Source: Nitrospinales bacterium (lineage in GTDB: Bacteria; Nitrospinota; Nitrospinia; Nitrospinales; VA-1). From it: a stretch of DNA of 64,000 nucleotides. Below the pieces are notes generated by a model. That model was not told the origin of the DNA and ran no database searches. It worked only from the letters and a program-made list of their open reading frames with translations. The stretch lies in NCBI GenBank assembly GCA_965262115.1, contig OZ253496.1, forward strand, positions 2,304,001-2,368,000. The letters are read 5' to 3'. Shown one piece after another: positions 28,659 through 39,646 of this stretch. Numbering within the stretch: the stretch's first letter is position 1; the number at the start of each line of letters is the position of its first letter. Position numbers and translations under genes: made by a program.

Positions 28659-30161
28659 ATGCAGATTCTTTTGGATGTGGATTGCCTGATTCAGGCATCG
28701 AAAAATATTGCGAATTCGGCGGTGTTAAGCCTGTGCCGTCAGAAGCATTGCCAGGGCTGGGTAGCGTCCACTTCCATTCCTGCCATTTGGCAGGAGGCGG
28801 GAGCACGAAATGTTCAATCAATTTTGCGGGACTTGGCTGTTTTGACTCCCACGGCTCATGATATTGACCTGGCCCTCGGTTCTAAAAAACCCTTTATGCA
28901 AGCCTTGCTGACACGTCTGGTAGAGGCCAGCGGGTTGGACGCGGTGGTCACGCTTGCCCCTGAAAAATTTTCCGGCTTGACAGTAGAAGCCCTGACTCCC
29001 GGACAGTTGCAGGAAAAATTGGATGCTCCGCCAGAGCCGGTTGAGGAAGTTCGTTTACTGGATATCACCGCCTCGTATCACCAGATATTAAATGAAGTGG
29101 AAAAGGAGATGGCGGAAACGATTCGATCGGGACATTTCATCCTTGGCCCTAAAGTATCCCGGCTGGAAGAGAGGATGGCAGATTATTGCCAGACCAGATA
29201 TGCCGTTGGAGTTTCATCCGGGACCGATGCATTACTGATTGCGCTGATGGCTTTGGGGGTTGGCCCGGGTGATGAAGTGATCACCTCCCCCTACACATTT
29301 TTTGCAACGGCGGGTTCTATCATTCGCGCCGGGGCTAAACCAGTTTTTGTGGACATCAATGACATTACTTTCAATATCAAACCGGAACACATTGAGCGAT
29401 GCATCACCCCGAAAACTAAAGCCATTATCCCGGTGCACCTTTATGGGCAATGTACGGATATGGACCCTGTTCTTCAGCTGGCCGGGAAAAGGGGTCTAGC
29501 GGTGATTGAAGATGCTGCGCAGGCGATTGGTTCTGAGTACAAGGGCAGACCGGCCGGTTCGATAGGGGACATGGGGTGCTTCTCGTTTTTCCCCGCAAAA
29601 AATCTTGGGGGTTTTGGCGATGGTGGGCTGGTGACCACTAACTCGAAAGAACTTTACAAACAGTTAAAGATTATCAGAGTGCATGGTTCGGACCCGAAAT
29701 ATTATCATAAAGTGATGGGGGGAAACTTTCGTCTCGATGCTCTGCAGGCTGATGTTGTGAGTGCCAAGCTGAACTTCCTGCAGGACTGGACCGAGAAAAG
29801 GAGGGAAAACGCGCAAACTTATAATCAGCTATTTAAAGATTCTGCATTGACCCCGTTTGTCCAACTGCCTCCTGAAGTGTTTTCCCGTCATGTTTACAAC
29901 CAGTATGTCATTCGCGCGGGAAGCCGCAGGGATGAACTCAGAACTTTTTTGAATGAAAAGCGGATCGGGTGTGAAATTTATTACCCCATCCCGCTTCATC
30001 TTCAAGACTGTTTCAAATCTTTAGGCTATAAAAGTGGTGATTTCCCGGAATCCGAAAAAGCCGCAAGGGAGACCTTGGCGCTTCCCATATCTCATGAAGT
30101 CGATCGAGCTCAGCAGGAATATGTTGTTCAAATGATCCGCCGGTTTTTTCTGGGGGAGTGA
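28659..30161 (+). CDS. DegT/DnrJ/EryC1/StrS aminotransferase with an N-terminal PIN-like extension
   Basis: SSGTDAL, PVHLYGQ, EDAAQA, SFFPAKNLGGFGDGG; about 125 extra N-terminal aa starting ILLDVD. Confidence 0.88.
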   Translation: MQILLDVDCLIQASKNIANSAVLSLCRQKHCQGWVASTSIPAIWQEAGARNVQSILRDLAVLTPTAHDIDLALGSKKPFMQALLTRLVEASGLDAVVTLAPEKFSGLTVEALTPGQLQEKLDAPPEPVEEVRLLDITASYHQILNEVEKEMAETIRSGHFILGPKVSRLEERMADYCQTRYAVGVSSGTDALLIALMALGVGPGDEVITSPYTFFATAGSIIRAGAKPVFVDINDITFNIKPEHIERCITPKTKAIIPVHLYGQCTDMDPVLQLAGKRGLAVIEDAAQAIGSEYKGRPAGSIGDMGCFSFFPAKNLGGFGDGGLVTTNSKELYKQLKIIRVHGSDPKYYHKVMGGNFRLDALQADVVSAKLNFLQDWTEKRRENAQTYNQLFKDSALTPFVQLPPEVFSRHVYNQYVIRAGSRRDELRTFLNEKRIGCEIYYPIPLHLQDCFKSLGYKSGDFPESEKAARETLALPISHEVDRAQQEYVVQMIRRFFLGE

Positions 30162-30174
30162 GTCCGAACCTGGG

Positions 30175-30753
30175 TCAAAACAGGGGTGGTTTTTCTTCCA
30201 CAATAATTTTTTCGCGGGGTGTGTGAACCTGAATTTCGCAAACCATAGTGATATGAAAGCCTAATTTTGTTTTGAGGGGTTCTTCAAGCTTGAATTTCTC
30301 CGATTTCATGATGCAATCGATCAATTCCTGATTCATGGTATGTGGGGCTATTTCCATTCCCTGGTAAATCCAGCCTAACGACCCTCCCAACTTTTTACTC
30401 ATGCAAGCGCTGTATTTTTTGGCGAGACGGGTGAAAAATTTCTCCATTTTTTCCCAGTCATGAAAAGGCTTGTCGGGATCGTCCATTTCCTGTTGCGCCA
30501 GTTCATTCTGATAATCTACAAGTGTTTCCCAGATCATTTTTGCAGACTCGATGGAGGTCATGCGGATGGTTCTCACCCGGTGTTCCATGGGCTTGTCAGT
30601 GGTGAAAGTTTTCTTAGTCGGGACAAAAGTTTTTTTAATTTTTGGTTTGGGCTTGATAGGGGCTTTAGGGGTATCCGCGACAGGCTGGGGTTCCTTGGCG
30701 GTTTTATCCCGTTCGAATATGGTCTTTTCAGGTTCTTGGGGTTGCTCAGCCAT
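30175..30753 (-). CDS. PpiC/parvulin-like peptidyl-prolyl isomerase domain protein
   Basis: F..LAKKYSAC.SKKLGGSLGW, KTKLGFHI. Confidence 0.75.
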   Translation of the reverse strand: MAEQPQEPEKTIFERDKTAKEPQPVADTPKAPIKPKPKIKKTFVPTKKTFTTDKPMEHRVRTIRMTSIESAKMIWETLVDYQNELAQQEMDDPDKPFHDWEKMEKFFTRLAKKYSACMSKKLGGSLGWIYQGMEIAPHTMNQELIDCIMKSEKFKLEEPLKTKLGFHITMVCEIQVHTPREKIIVEEKPPLF

Positions 30754-30822
30754 AATAATTCTTTTGAAAGGTTATTTAATAGGGTGATGGTTATTTTTAA
30801 TAGCAGTGTAATTTGAATGGGC

Positions 30823-31665
30823 TCATTTTTCAAGCCATATAGACTCCAGATATTGCAGGACAGCTCCTTGGGCATTGCTTCCGATGATCTCGTTAGCGGA
30901 TTCCTTGACTTCCGGCAGGGCATTTTCCATAGCAATGGCCCGGCCGACGATGCGAAACATGTCAAGATCGTTCAAATAATCTCCGAATACAACGAGGCGT
31001 TCCAGCGGAACCCCCAGTTTTTGAGCAAGAACCTCTACCATATTTCCTTTACTGGCCTCCTGGTGAAAGGACTGCAGCCAGTAATAGCCTTTCATGGATA
31101 CGTCTTCGGCAAAATATAAATTGAGGAGGTCAAAATGTTTTTCTTTAAGTGATTGGTAAACGTGTTCGAGCCGATCATGCGTGTCGATCAACAAAAACCC
31201 GGAAACTTTTTCCTCCTCTTGAAAATCAAAACAGTTAACTCGGCAAAGTCTTGCGTCACTTTCAAGGCTTTTTACATAGGCTTGGGAGCCGGTATTGGTG
31301 GCATTCAGATAATAAAGTTGGTGTTTTTCTCCAAGTGTATAGATGAAGGGATCAATGCCCAGAGGCAAGGCCAGCTCAAGCATGCTTTGAACGACTTTTT
31401 TTTCAATGGAGCTGGAATGTTCCAAAATGCGGCCGGTATTGAAATCGGCCATGTAAACGCCATTGAATAAAATGACCGGCAGGATCAGGTTCAATCCCTT
31501 CAAAATCGGATGCACGGAATCGTAGTTTCGAGCGGTGGCGATGGTGAAACGCATTCCCATGTCGATCAGACGGTTGAGGCGCTTCTTGTAATCATCGGGG
31601 AATGAACTATCGGGCCGTAACAGGGTGCCGTCCAGATCGGAAATATATAAAAGCTCTTTATCCAT
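30823..31665 (-). CDS. Cof-type HAD hydrolase
   Basis: DLDGTLL, ATAR, SKG, FGDYLNDLDM. Confidence 0.92.
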   Translation of the reverse strand: MDKELLYISDLDGTLLRPDSSFPDDYKKRLNRLIDMGMRFTIATARNYDSVHPILKGLNLILPVILFNGVYMADFNTGRILEHSSSIEKKVVQSMLELALPLGIDPFIYTLGEKHQLYYLNATNTGSQAYVKSLESDARLCRVNCFDFQEEEKVSGFLLIDTHDRLEHVYQSLKEKHFDLLNLYFAEDVSMKGYYWLQSFHQEASKGNMVEVLAQKLGVPLERLVVFGDYLNDLDMFRIVGRAIAMENALPEVKESANEIIGSNAQGAVLQYLESIWLEK

Positions 31666-31873
31666 AATGGGGTTTGAATGAATGGAATTCTCGCAGGCCT
31701 GTTTGTAAGGAATCGCTTCAGGAGTATACTAAAATAAAATTATTAAATGAACAATCCTGCTGCCAACGGACAGGATATCCTGAATAAAGTGTTATTTTAA
31801 AAAATGTGGCAAGCCAAGGAGAATAAAACCCACTTGTGGGATTTAATTATTTTGCGAAAAAGGATTGGGGTTC

Positions 31874-32656
31874 ATGAGAGATAAAAATTTTGCCCGGCAC
31901 TTGCGGTCTTCAGTTTTGGGAATATTTCTTGTTTTTGGTTTTTGTTCCAATAGTGAAGCTTTTGATTTTTCTGACTGGGATGTGCTGATCAAAAAACATG
32001 TAACTCTTAAAACGTTGGAGGGTGTTCCGCTCAACGCGGTCGATTATGCCAACCTGAAAAAAGACCCTCTTTTTTCGGGTCTGATTTCCAGACTCGAGCC
32101 GTACTCTCTAAAGAGTTTGAAATCGGATAAATCCAAATTGACCTTCTGGATCAACGTTTATAATATTTTGGCGGCAAAAATGATCACCGACCACTATCCC
32201 ATAGAGAGTATCAAGGATGTGGGAGGTATATTTCAATCTGTCTGGAAGCGCCCGGCAGGCAAGGTGGGAGGCAAAGAGTGCACTCTCAACGACATTGAGC
32301 ACGAAATCCTCAGGAAGATGGATGACCCCCGTATTCATGTGGCTATCGTCTGTGCTTCTGTTAGTTGTCCGGACCTTCGCCTGGAAGCCTATACGGTGGA
32401 AAAGCTGAATGACCAGTTGGACGACCAGATGAAAATGTTTTTGCGATCCCGAGAAAAAGGAATGAAACTGGACGAAAAGAAAAACCGGGTTTATCTCTCA
32501 TCCATATTCAAATGGTTTGCGGAGGACTTTGAAAGCCGTGGAGGAGTTTTAAAGTATATCGGTCAGTATGTTCCGGCAGAAGAAAAAAAGTTTTTGAATG
32601 ATTCCCAAATAAAAATTTCTTACCTGGACTACAACTGGAAGATCAATGGTCGCTAG
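31874..32656 (+). CDS. DUF547 domain exported protein
   Basis: Signal peptide; FWINVYN, DPRIHVAIVCASVSCPDL, YNWKIN. Confidence 0.9.
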   Translation: MRDKNFARHLRSSVLGIFLVFGFCSNSEAFDFSDWDVLIKKHVTLKTLEGVPLNAVDYANLKKDPLFSGLISRLEPYSLKSLKSDKSKLTFWINVYNILAAKMITDHYPIESIKDVGGIFQSVWKRPAGKVGGKECTLNDIEHEILRKMDDPRIHVAIVCASVSCPDLRLEAYTVEKLNDQLDDQMKMFLRSREKGMKLDEKKNRVYLSSIFKWFAEDFESRGGVLKYIGQYVPAEEKKFLNDSQIKISYLDYNWKINGR

Positions 32657-32748
32657 GCGTAAGGCCAGTGGGCAATAGCGTTAGACGGGTGATAGGAGTT
32701 ATCTCGGCTTGATATACCGATTGCCCCCCTGCCAGGGGGCGTGAGGCT

Positions 32749-32786
32749 GTGAACTTCATCATCATCCTTCATGCCCTGGAGGGGTA
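32749..32786 (+). repeat. 38-bp GNA-hairpin mini-element
   Basis: GTGAACTTCATCATCATCCTTCATGCCCTGGAGGGGTA, in the same GCT|CAATG context as the copy at 24602. Confidence 0.75.
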
Positions 32787-32816
32787 CAATGCACACTGGG
32801 TCCCGCGTCACGCTGG

Positions 32817-33977
32817 TTAGTCTGCGTGTTTTCGGAGAAATGTTGGAATATCAAAGTTTGCGGTCAGGCTTCCCGGATCCGGATTTTCTTCCTTAATGGA
32901 AGAGGCCAGGGATTTTAAATGTTTATAAGAAGTTGGGCCTGAATCGTCATTGGGCATCGGGTCTCCCTCGACCACTTTTTTCAAGGCTGGTCTTTCTTCA
33001 GGTCTCATTGAGACCGTTTCCTCAAATCCTGTGGCGATGACGGTCACCCGCATCTCTCCTTCCATTTGTTTATCAATCACCGCTCCAAAAATGATGTGAG
33101 CGTCTTCATGGGCGTTTTCCTGAACCAGCATGGAAGCCTCATTGACTTCAACAAGGGTGAGGTCTTCACCGCCAGTGATGTTAATCAAAATGCCCTTTGC
33201 ACCATCGACCGTTGCTTCATCCAGCAAAGGACTGGAGATGGCTTTCTGTGCCGCTTCAACGGCCCGCATTTCTCCGGTGGCGGTCCCGCTGCCCATCAGA
33301 GCTTTGCCCATGCTGCCCATGATGCATTTAACATCGGCGAAGTCGAGGTTGATGAGACCGGGTATTACGATCAAGTCAGAGATGCTACAGACCGCTTGCT
33401 TCAAAACATCGTCGACCATGGAAAAGGCTCCGGTGAATGAAGTTTGTTTGCCGGCGTAACTGAGAAGCTTCTGGTTGGGGATGACAATCAAAGTGTCAAC
33501 CGCATCTTTCAGCTCCTGGATTCCTTCATCAGCCTGCCGCATTCGCCGTTTGCCCTCAAACGCAAAGGGTTTGGTGACTACGGCGACTGTCAAGGCTCCC
33601 ACTTCCTTGGCGATACGCGAAATGATGGGCGCGGCCCCGGTACCCGTTCCACCACCCATTCCAGCAGTGATGAAGACCATATCCGCTCCTTCCAGCATTT
33701 CGCGAATGCTGGCTTCACTCTCTTCGGCGGCATCCCTTCCGATTTCAGGATTGGAACCCGCACCAAGCCCGCGGGTCAATTCTCCGCCGATTTGAATTTT
33801 TCCAGAGCAGTCAGATTTCTCAAGCGTTTGCAGATCTGTGTTGGCGACAATAAACTCCACACCACGGATACTGTCCCGGACCATGGAGTTGACAGCATTA
33901 TTGCCCCCACCCCCTACACCCACGACCTTGATTGTTGCTGAATAATCGTTTTCGTTATCAAACTCTATTAAACTCAT
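32817..33977 (-). CDS. ftsZ: cell division protein FtsZ
   Basis: GGGTGTG tubulin signature, C-terminal DIPTFLRK. Confidence 0.99.
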   Translation of the reverse strand: MSLIEFDNENDYSATIKVVGVGGGGNNAVNSMVRDSIRGVEFIVANTDLQTLEKSDCSGKIQIGGELTRGLGAGSNPEIGRDAAEESEASIREMLEGADMVFITAGMGGGTGTGAAPIISRIAKEVGALTVAVVTKPFAFEGKRRMRQADEGIQELKDAVDTLIVIPNQKLLSYAGKQTSFTGAFSMVDDVLKQAVCSISDLIVIPGLINLDFADVKCIMGSMGKALMGSGTATGEMRAVEAAQKAISSPLLDEATVDGAKGILINITGGEDLTLVEVNEASMLVQENAHEDAHIIFGAVIDKQMEGEMRVTVIATGFEETVSMRPEERPALKKVVEGDPMPNDDSGPTSYKHLKSLASSIKEENPDPGSLTANFDIPTFLRKHAD

Positions 33978-33991
33978 TGTGTCCTCCGGTT

Positions 33992-35224
33992 TTAAAAAAA
34001 TTCATCTGCCCAATCTTTCATACGTGTAAAAATTTTGTCGAACAGGTTCCTCCCTTGAAGTTCCCGACTCGTTCCTGACTTAAACCTTCTGGATCCGTAC
34101 TGGATCAATCCTGTACAGGTGGCATACATGGGGTTGTTCACGACATCCATCAATCCTCCGAGACCAACGGGTGTTCCCACGCGCACAGTGGACTGGAAAA
34201 CATCTTCGGCCAATTCGGCCATGCCCTGCATGCTTGCTGCTCCGCCTGTCAGGACAACGCCCGAAGAAATGATTTCCCTGTAGCCGGATTCGCTGATTTC
34301 ATGATCCAGCAGTTCAAACATTTCCCGTGTTCTGGCTTCGATGATTTCGCTGAGAATCTGGCGTGGAACCGTTCGCGGCTCCCGTCCGCCGACACTTGGC
34401 GCTTCGATATTTTCTCCTTCCTGAACCAGGGGTGGGTAGGCGCATCCATAGGAGTGTTTGATTTTTTCCGCTTCCGCGTTTGGAGTGCGAAGTCCAATGG
34501 CGATATCATTTGTCATTTGAGCGCCGGCAATTGTCAAAACCGCTGTATGCTTGATGGCTCCCTGGTAAAAAATAGCCAGATCAGAGGTGCCACCACCTAT
34601 ATCAATCATCGCAACGCCGAGTTCTCTTTCATCCTGAGATAGAACAGATTCACTGGATGCCAGTTGCTCCAGCACAATGTCCTGAACTCCAAGACCTGCC
34701 TTGTTGACGCATTTGACAATATTTTGCGCGGAAGTTACGGCGGCGGTAACAATATGGACCTTGGCTTCAAGCCTTACTCCTGCCATTCCCAATGGAGTTT
34801 TGATCCCGTCTTGTCTATCGACAATATATTCCTGGGGAAGCACGTGGATGACTTCCCGGTCAAGAGGGATGGCAATGGCTTTGGCGGCTTCGATGACACG
34901 ATCAATATCCTTCTGTATGATTTCTTTTCCTTTGACCGCAATAATGCCATGACTGTTCATGCTGTTGATGTGACCTCCTGCAATACCTACAAAAACAGAA
35001 TCGATTTCGCATCCCGCCATCAACTCGGCTTCTTCAACAGCGCTTTTTATAGATTCCACGGTGCTGTCTATGTTTATAACCACGCCTTTACGCAAGCCCC
35101 GTGATGGATATTGACCCAGTCCGATGATATCTATTTTCTCATCATCAGCGACCTCGCCGATGATGCAACAGATTTTGGTCGTTCCAATATCCAGTCCGAC
35201 TATATAATTGCTTTTTTTGGCCAT
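33992..35224 (-). CDS. ftsA: cell division protein FtsA
   Basis: [20 protein letters not shown]. Confidence 0.98.
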   Translation of the reverse strand: MAKKSNYIVGLDIGTTKICCIIGEVADDEKIDIIGLGQYPSRGLRKGVVINIDSTVESIKSAVEEAELMAGCEIDSVFVGIAGGHINSMNSHGIIAVKGKEIIQKDIDRVIEAAKAIAIPLDREVIHVLPQEYIVDRQDGIKTPLGMAGVRLEAKVHIVTAAVTSAQNIVKCVNKAGLGVQDIVLEQLASSESVLSQDERELGVAMIDIGGGTSDLAIFYQGAIKHTAVLTIAGAQMTNDIAIGLRTPNAEAEKIKHSYGCAYPPLVQEGENIEAPSVGGREPRTVPRQILSEIIEARTREMFELLDHEISESGYREIISSGVVLTGGAASMQGMAELAEDVFQSTVRVGTPVGLGGLMDVVNNPMYATCTGLIQYGSRRFKSGTSRELQGRNLFDKIFTRMKDWADEFF

Positions 35225-35239
35225 GCGTCCCATCTCCTC

Positions 35240-36142
35240 CTAGTTGGTTTGCCGCTTCATGGATGTTGAGTTGATTGAAATTCGGTCCCGGACGACGACT
35301 TGATCTTTGAACGACAGGTCGATCATCTGGATCTTCATGTTGTCATCTTCCAGAGTGTCGAGAACAATCATGAATTTTTTTAACCCTTCCGTTAACGCTT
35401 CCATGGACATTTGAATTTGCAGATCGCGATTGTGAGTGAAAAATATGATTCTGGAGTTTCCCTTCAGCTCGGCCGTGTCCAACGGATTATTTTCAAAAAA
35501 AGAAAGTTTGTTAAAATAATGCATGGTCTTGAGGCTCTGTATGACCTTGTCTCCGGAAAAGTTTTCTGGTTTCGCCCCCTTGGAGGGTTGAACGATCAAC
35601 GGTAAATGCCGGTACTCTGGTTTTTCTTCAGAGAGGAGCACTCCAAAATTATCCATTAAAAATATTTTTTCAAATTTAACCCGGGCATAGGGCACACGCT
35701 CGGTCAATTCTATTTGAACCTCTTGGGGAAACTTTCTCTGGACAGATGCGGAAAGAATCCATGGGTGCTCCGCGAGTCTTTCTGAAGCTTTGGACAGATC
35801 GTAAGTAAACAGGTTTTCTCCATGAATAGGCCCCAGCCAGTCCAGAAGCTGGTTGTCCTGCAGGGAATGATGGCCACGGAACGAGACATCCGCGATTTTA
35901 AACCTGGGATCAGAAATCAAAAAACTATAGCTGACATAAATTAAATAAATGACCACCCCTGCCAGGAAAAGTTTTGAGGCCAGTTCAAATAATATTCTTG
36001 TCCATGAAAAATCACGGGCCGATGTTTTTGAGGGAGCTTTCTTGCTCAAGTCACCACCACGTCGATGCTTTTTCTTTCTTTCAGAGCGTAGGTCTGACCA
36101 CGCCATGGCGGGACTCTTTTGACCTGTGATTGCAAAATCCAT
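35240..36142 (-). CDS. ftsQ: cell division protein FtsQ/DivIB
   Basis: Single TM, POTRA PWI..ASVQRKFP, position between ddl and ftsA. Confidence 0.9.
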   Translation of the reverse strand: MDFAITGQKSPAMAWSDLRSERKKKHRRGGDLSKKAPSKTSARDFSWTRILFELASKLFLAGVVIYLIYVSYSFLISDPRFKIADVSFRGHHSLQDNQLLDWLGPIHGENLFTYDLSKASERLAEHPWILSASVQRKFPQEVQIELTERVPYARVKFEKIFLMDNFGVLLSEEKPEYRHLPLIVQPSKGAKPENFSGDKVIQSLKTMHYFNKLSFFENNPLDTAELKGNSRIIFFTHNRDLQIQMSMEALTEGLKKFMIVLDTLEDDNMKIQMIDLSFKDQVVVRDRISINSTSMKRQTN

Positions 36143-36144
36143 GA

Positions 36145-37062
36145 TTATTCCGTGTAATCCCTTTGAGCGGTTTTTAATATTTCAACGACTAAATCATCAA
36201 ACCCTAGTCCCATCTCCCGAGCCGCCATCGGTAGAAGGCTGGTGGGGGTCATTCCCGGGACGGTGTTCATCTCCAGGACCTGAGGGACTCCGTCGTTATC
36301 CAGAATGACATCCACGCGGGGGAAACCTCTTCCCCTTAACATCTGAAAAACCTGTTTTGCGGTTTGCCTGCACCGGCCTGTTTCGCTTTCCTCAAGGTTT
36401 GCCGGGCAGATGTATTCGGTTTTCCCCGAGGTGTATTTTGCCTCGTAGTCATAAAATCCGGACTTGGGACGGATGTGAACAATTGGCATGGGTGTCATTT
36501 CATTCATTCCAATTGCCAGAAGTTTTCCTTCAATAAACTTTTCTACAATCACTTCTTCAGAATAAGCGAAGGCGTCTTCCAATGCTGGTTTCCATTGGCT
36601 TTCGGTTTTAACGATGGTTACTCCCAAACTCGACCCTTGATTGGTTGGCTTGACGACAACGGGAAGATCCAAACCCCGGTCTGTTTTTTGGTTTTTATAG
36701 AACACTTCATAATCGGCTGTGGGTATTCTATGGAATTTTAAAATTTCCTTGGATTTTAATTTGTCATATGCCAAAGCACTGCCCATAACCCCTGACCCGG
36801 TGTAAGGAATTTTGAAATATTCAAGCAAACCTTGAACACATCCGTCTTCCCCAAAGGTCCCGTGCAGGGCAATAAAAGCCATGTCGATCGGATTCGACTT
36901 GAGGGTCTCCCCAATATTATGGTCAACGTGAATCGGCAAGGCGGTCAATCCTTTCCTGTTTATGGCCTCAAGGACCGAGTTTCCGGTGACGATTGAGACC
37001 TCTCGCTCGGGAGAAAGTCCTCCCATGAGCACTCCAATGGTTTTACCTTTTAAATTATCCAA
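36145..37062 (-). CDS. ddl: D-alanine--D-alanine ligase
   Basis: GGLSPEREVS, LHGTFGEDG, YDYEAKY, EMNTVPG. Confidence 0.97.
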   Translation of the reverse strand: MDNLKGKTIGVLMGGLSPEREVSIVTGNSVLEAINRKGLTALPIHVDHNIGETLKSNPIDMAFIALHGTFGEDGCVQGLLEYFKIPYTGSGVMGSALAYDKLKSKEILKFHRIPTADYEVFYKNQKTDRGLDLPVVVKPTNQGSSLGVTIVKTESQWKPALEDAFAYSEEVIVEKFIEGKLLAIGMNEMTPMPIVHIRPKSGFYDYEAKYTSGKTEYICPANLEESETGRCRQTAKQVFQMLRGRGFPRVDVILDNDGVPQVLEMNTVPGMTPTSLLPMAAREMGLGFDDLVVEILKTAQRDYTE

Positions 37063-37185
37063 AAGCCTTGTTACAAATCCCCTTTAAGCAGGTCCGCCCC
37101 GGCCCTTGGCCAAAAAGGCCGGAGAACAAAGGAAGGAGGGGTTACCTTTGTTTACGGACCAATTCCATGTTGTTATTTCTCCAGT

Positions 37186-38109
37186 TCACTCGCCTGCACT
37201 AACAATTTCGGTTTGCAGTTCAATGCCGGTTTTTTCTTTAACCTCTTTTTGGATGCTCTCAATCAAATGGGTCACATCTTTGGCGGTTGCGCTCCCTTTG
37301 TTGACAATGAAATTTGCATGCTTGATCGAAACCCCTGCATCGCCAACAGAAAGTCCTTTGAGTCCTATGGACTCGATCAACCTTCCCGCTGTGTCGCCTT
37401 CGGGATTTTTGAAGACAGAACCCGAGTTGGGCACCGTCAATGGCTGGGTCTGCGATCTTCTGGAGAGATGCCGATCCATCATGTTCTGGATTTCAGTGCG
37501 ATCTCCTTCTTCCAGTTCCAGCTCTGCTTCAATAATAATTCCGTCGTCATCAGGGAAAATGGTTTTTCTGTATTCGAAAGAAAGCTCTTCGCGTTTTAAA
37601 GTCTGAATTTTTCCATCCGAGATGATCCGGGTTACGCTACGAAGAACCTGGCTTGTTTCGGTTCCTTCCGCCCCGGCATTCATGACAATCGCACCTCCCA
37701 ATGATCCGGGAATACCTACCAAATGCTCGATTCCTGTCAAGGAATAGCGGGCCGCGTGTTTGGCTAGGTAAGACATTTTTACTCCGGCCCCCGATTTGAT
37801 GACTGCCCGACGGTTTCCGGTTTCCTTGCGGAAAAACAGAGGACGCTTAATTTCCTTGAAGCAATTTTTTAAAGAGATGACCACTCCCCGTATTCCCCGG
37901 TCTCCGACAAGCAAATTAGTGCCTTCGCCAAGAATGAAAAGAGGTTGGGAACCTTTATGCTTCAAAATCGTTTGAATGTCGCGAACATCCTCAGGGAAAA
38001 TCAATACATCCGCTGGGCCGCCAATTTGAATGGAAGTGTGGGGAGCCAGAATTTCGTTTTGCAGGACGGTGCCTTTTATTTTGTGTAACCAGGGAAAAGA
38101 ATAGCTCAT
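37186..38109 (-). CDS. murB: UDP-N-acetylmuramate dehydrogenase (start uncertain)
   Basis: GEGTNLL, GIPGSLGGA..MNAGA, SGSVFKNP, HANF. Confidence 0.95.
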   Translation of the reverse strand: MSYSFPWLHKIKGTVLQNEILAPHTSIQIGGPADVLIFPEDVRDIQTILKHKGSQPLFILGEGTNLLVGDRGIRGVVISLKNCFKEIKRPLFFRKETGNRRAVIKSGAGVKMSYLAKHAARYSLTGIEHLVGIPGSLGGAIVMNAGAEGTETSQVLRSVTRIISDGKIQTLKREELSFEYRKTIFPDDDGIIIEAELELEEGDRTEIQNMMDRHLSRRSQTQPLTVPNSGSVFKNPEGDTAGRLIESIGLKGLSVGDAGVSIKHANFIVNKGSATAKDVTHLIESIQKEVKEKTGIELQTEIVSAGE

Positions 38110-38269
38110 AGTTTTACTCTGATGAATTTTGTGACCCAGAACGGTTTTGGGGTACTCCATTTTGGTTTTGAGATTGAACTCCCTTCCCGTTCCAGAATGG
38201 GCAATGTGAATCAATCGGCGTTTCCAGGCTTCGTTGAGCATAGATGATGGTCCTTCCTATTGAAAGCGA

Positions 38270-39646
38270 TCAATCATTGAAGTGGGATGCGAGCTTGTGG
38301 CTCAACTCCCCGATATTCCCAGCGCCGAGAGCCATGACAATGTCTCCCGGTTTGAGAATCTTTTGCAAATGCGGGATCACGGACTCCGTGCCCCCGATGT
38401 ATTCCACGTGTTTATGTCCAAACTCTTTCACGCCTTCCGCGATCCTCTCGGAATGGACGCCTTCTATTGCATCTTCTCCAGCCGAATAAATATCAAGCAG
38501 AAGAAGTTGGTCGGCATCGTTGAAAGCGGAGAAAAAATTTTCCATGAGATATTTCGTGCGCGAGTAGCGATGCGGTTGAAATATGACGACAAGCCTTCGG
38601 TCTGGCCAGACATCTTTGGCGGTTGACAGGGTGGCCTGGATTTCTACCGGATGATGGCCATAATCATCAACGATTATCAATGACTCGGACTGTTTCAGAA
38701 TTTCAAACCTTCTCTGTACCCCGGTAAAGTTTTTCAGTGATTCGGCGATTGTCTGGAAATCCATATTCAATTCCATTCCGACAGCGATCGCCGCAAGGGT
38801 GTTACAAACATTGTGTCGTCCTAAAGCCCCGGACAATATTTTGCCCAACTTTTTATTTTGGTGGTAGACGGTGAAGTAGGTTTTCAATCCCTCCACCGAG
38901 ATATTTCGGGCGGTGTAATCGGCCTGGGATTTCAAACCGTAGGTAATGGTTCGTTTCTCAATCCCAGGAAGCAGGGATTGAAGATTGGCATCATCCAGGC
39001 ATAAGATCGCGGCACCATAGAATGGGATTTTGTTGAGAAACTGCAGGAATGTAGATTTCATATTCTGCATTGTCTGGTAAAAATCCATATGTTCTTCGTC
39101 CAGGGTCGTGACCACCGCCAGCGTAGGAGAAAGCTTGAGAAAAGAACCATCGCTCTCATCGGCTTCGGCAATGAGGTACTGGCTCTGGCCAAGTTTCGCG
39201 TGTCCGCCCATATTCTTGATTCTTCCGCCAATCACTACTGTTGGGTCAAGATTTCCAGCCGCCAGAACCGTGGCGACCAGTGAGGTTGTTGTGGTTTTCC
39301 CATGCGTACCCGCAATGGCGATACCGTGTTTCATCCGCATCAGTTCTGCCAGCATTTCGGCCCGGGGAATGACCGGTATGGATTGCTCTCGGGCGGCCTG
39401 CACCTCTACATTGTCGTCACTGATGGCGCTGGATACGACGACAATGTGTTTGCCCATGACATTTTCCGCGCTATGGTTGTGGCGGATGTCAGCTCCAAGA
39501 GTTTTCAAGTGGTCGGTCACCCGATTGGAAGAAGGATCGGAACCGCTCACCTCATAATCCTGATTGATTAAAACTTCAGCGATTCCGCTCATTCCCGACC
39601 CTCCGATCCCGATAAAATGGATCCGTTGTGTTTTTCCTAGAAACAT
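38270..39646 (-). CDS. murC: UDP-N-acetylmuramate--L-alanine ligase
   Basis: GIGGSGMSG, GTHGKTTT, EADESD, DDYGHHP. Confidence 0.98.
   Translation of the reverse strand: MFLGKTQRIHFIGIGGSGMSGIAEVLINQDYEVSGSDPSSNRVTDHLKTLGADIRHNHSAENVMGKHIVVVSSAISDDNVEVQAAREQSIPVIPRAEMLAELMRMKHGIAIAGTHGKTTTTSLVATVLAAGNLDPTVVIGGRIKNMGGHAKLGQSQYLIAEADESDGSFLKLSPTLAVVTTLDEEHMDFYQTMQNMKSTFLQFLNKIPFYGAAILCLDDANLQSLLPGIEKRTITYGLKSQADYTARNISVEGLKTYFTVYHQNKKLGKILSGALGRHNVCNTLAAIAVGMELNMDFQTIAESLKNFTGVQRRFEILKQSESLIIVDDYGHHPVEIQATLSTAKDVWPDRRLVVIFQPHRYSRTKYLMENFFSAFNDADQLLLLDIYSAGEDAIEGVHSERIAEGVKEFGHKHVEYIGGTESVIPHLQKILKPGDIVMALGAGNIGELSHKLASHFND

Noticed and set aside
27807..30161. DUF1566-HNH-PIN cluster as a defence or toxin-antitoxin system
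   Set aside because: No methylase, ATPase or antitoxin partner; small stand-alone HNH genes of this type are common; the PIN-like domain looks degenerate.
38110..38269. N-terminal extension of MurB or an extra gene between murC and murB
   Set aside because: No homology I can recognise and no clear RBS; treated as a start-site ambiguity.
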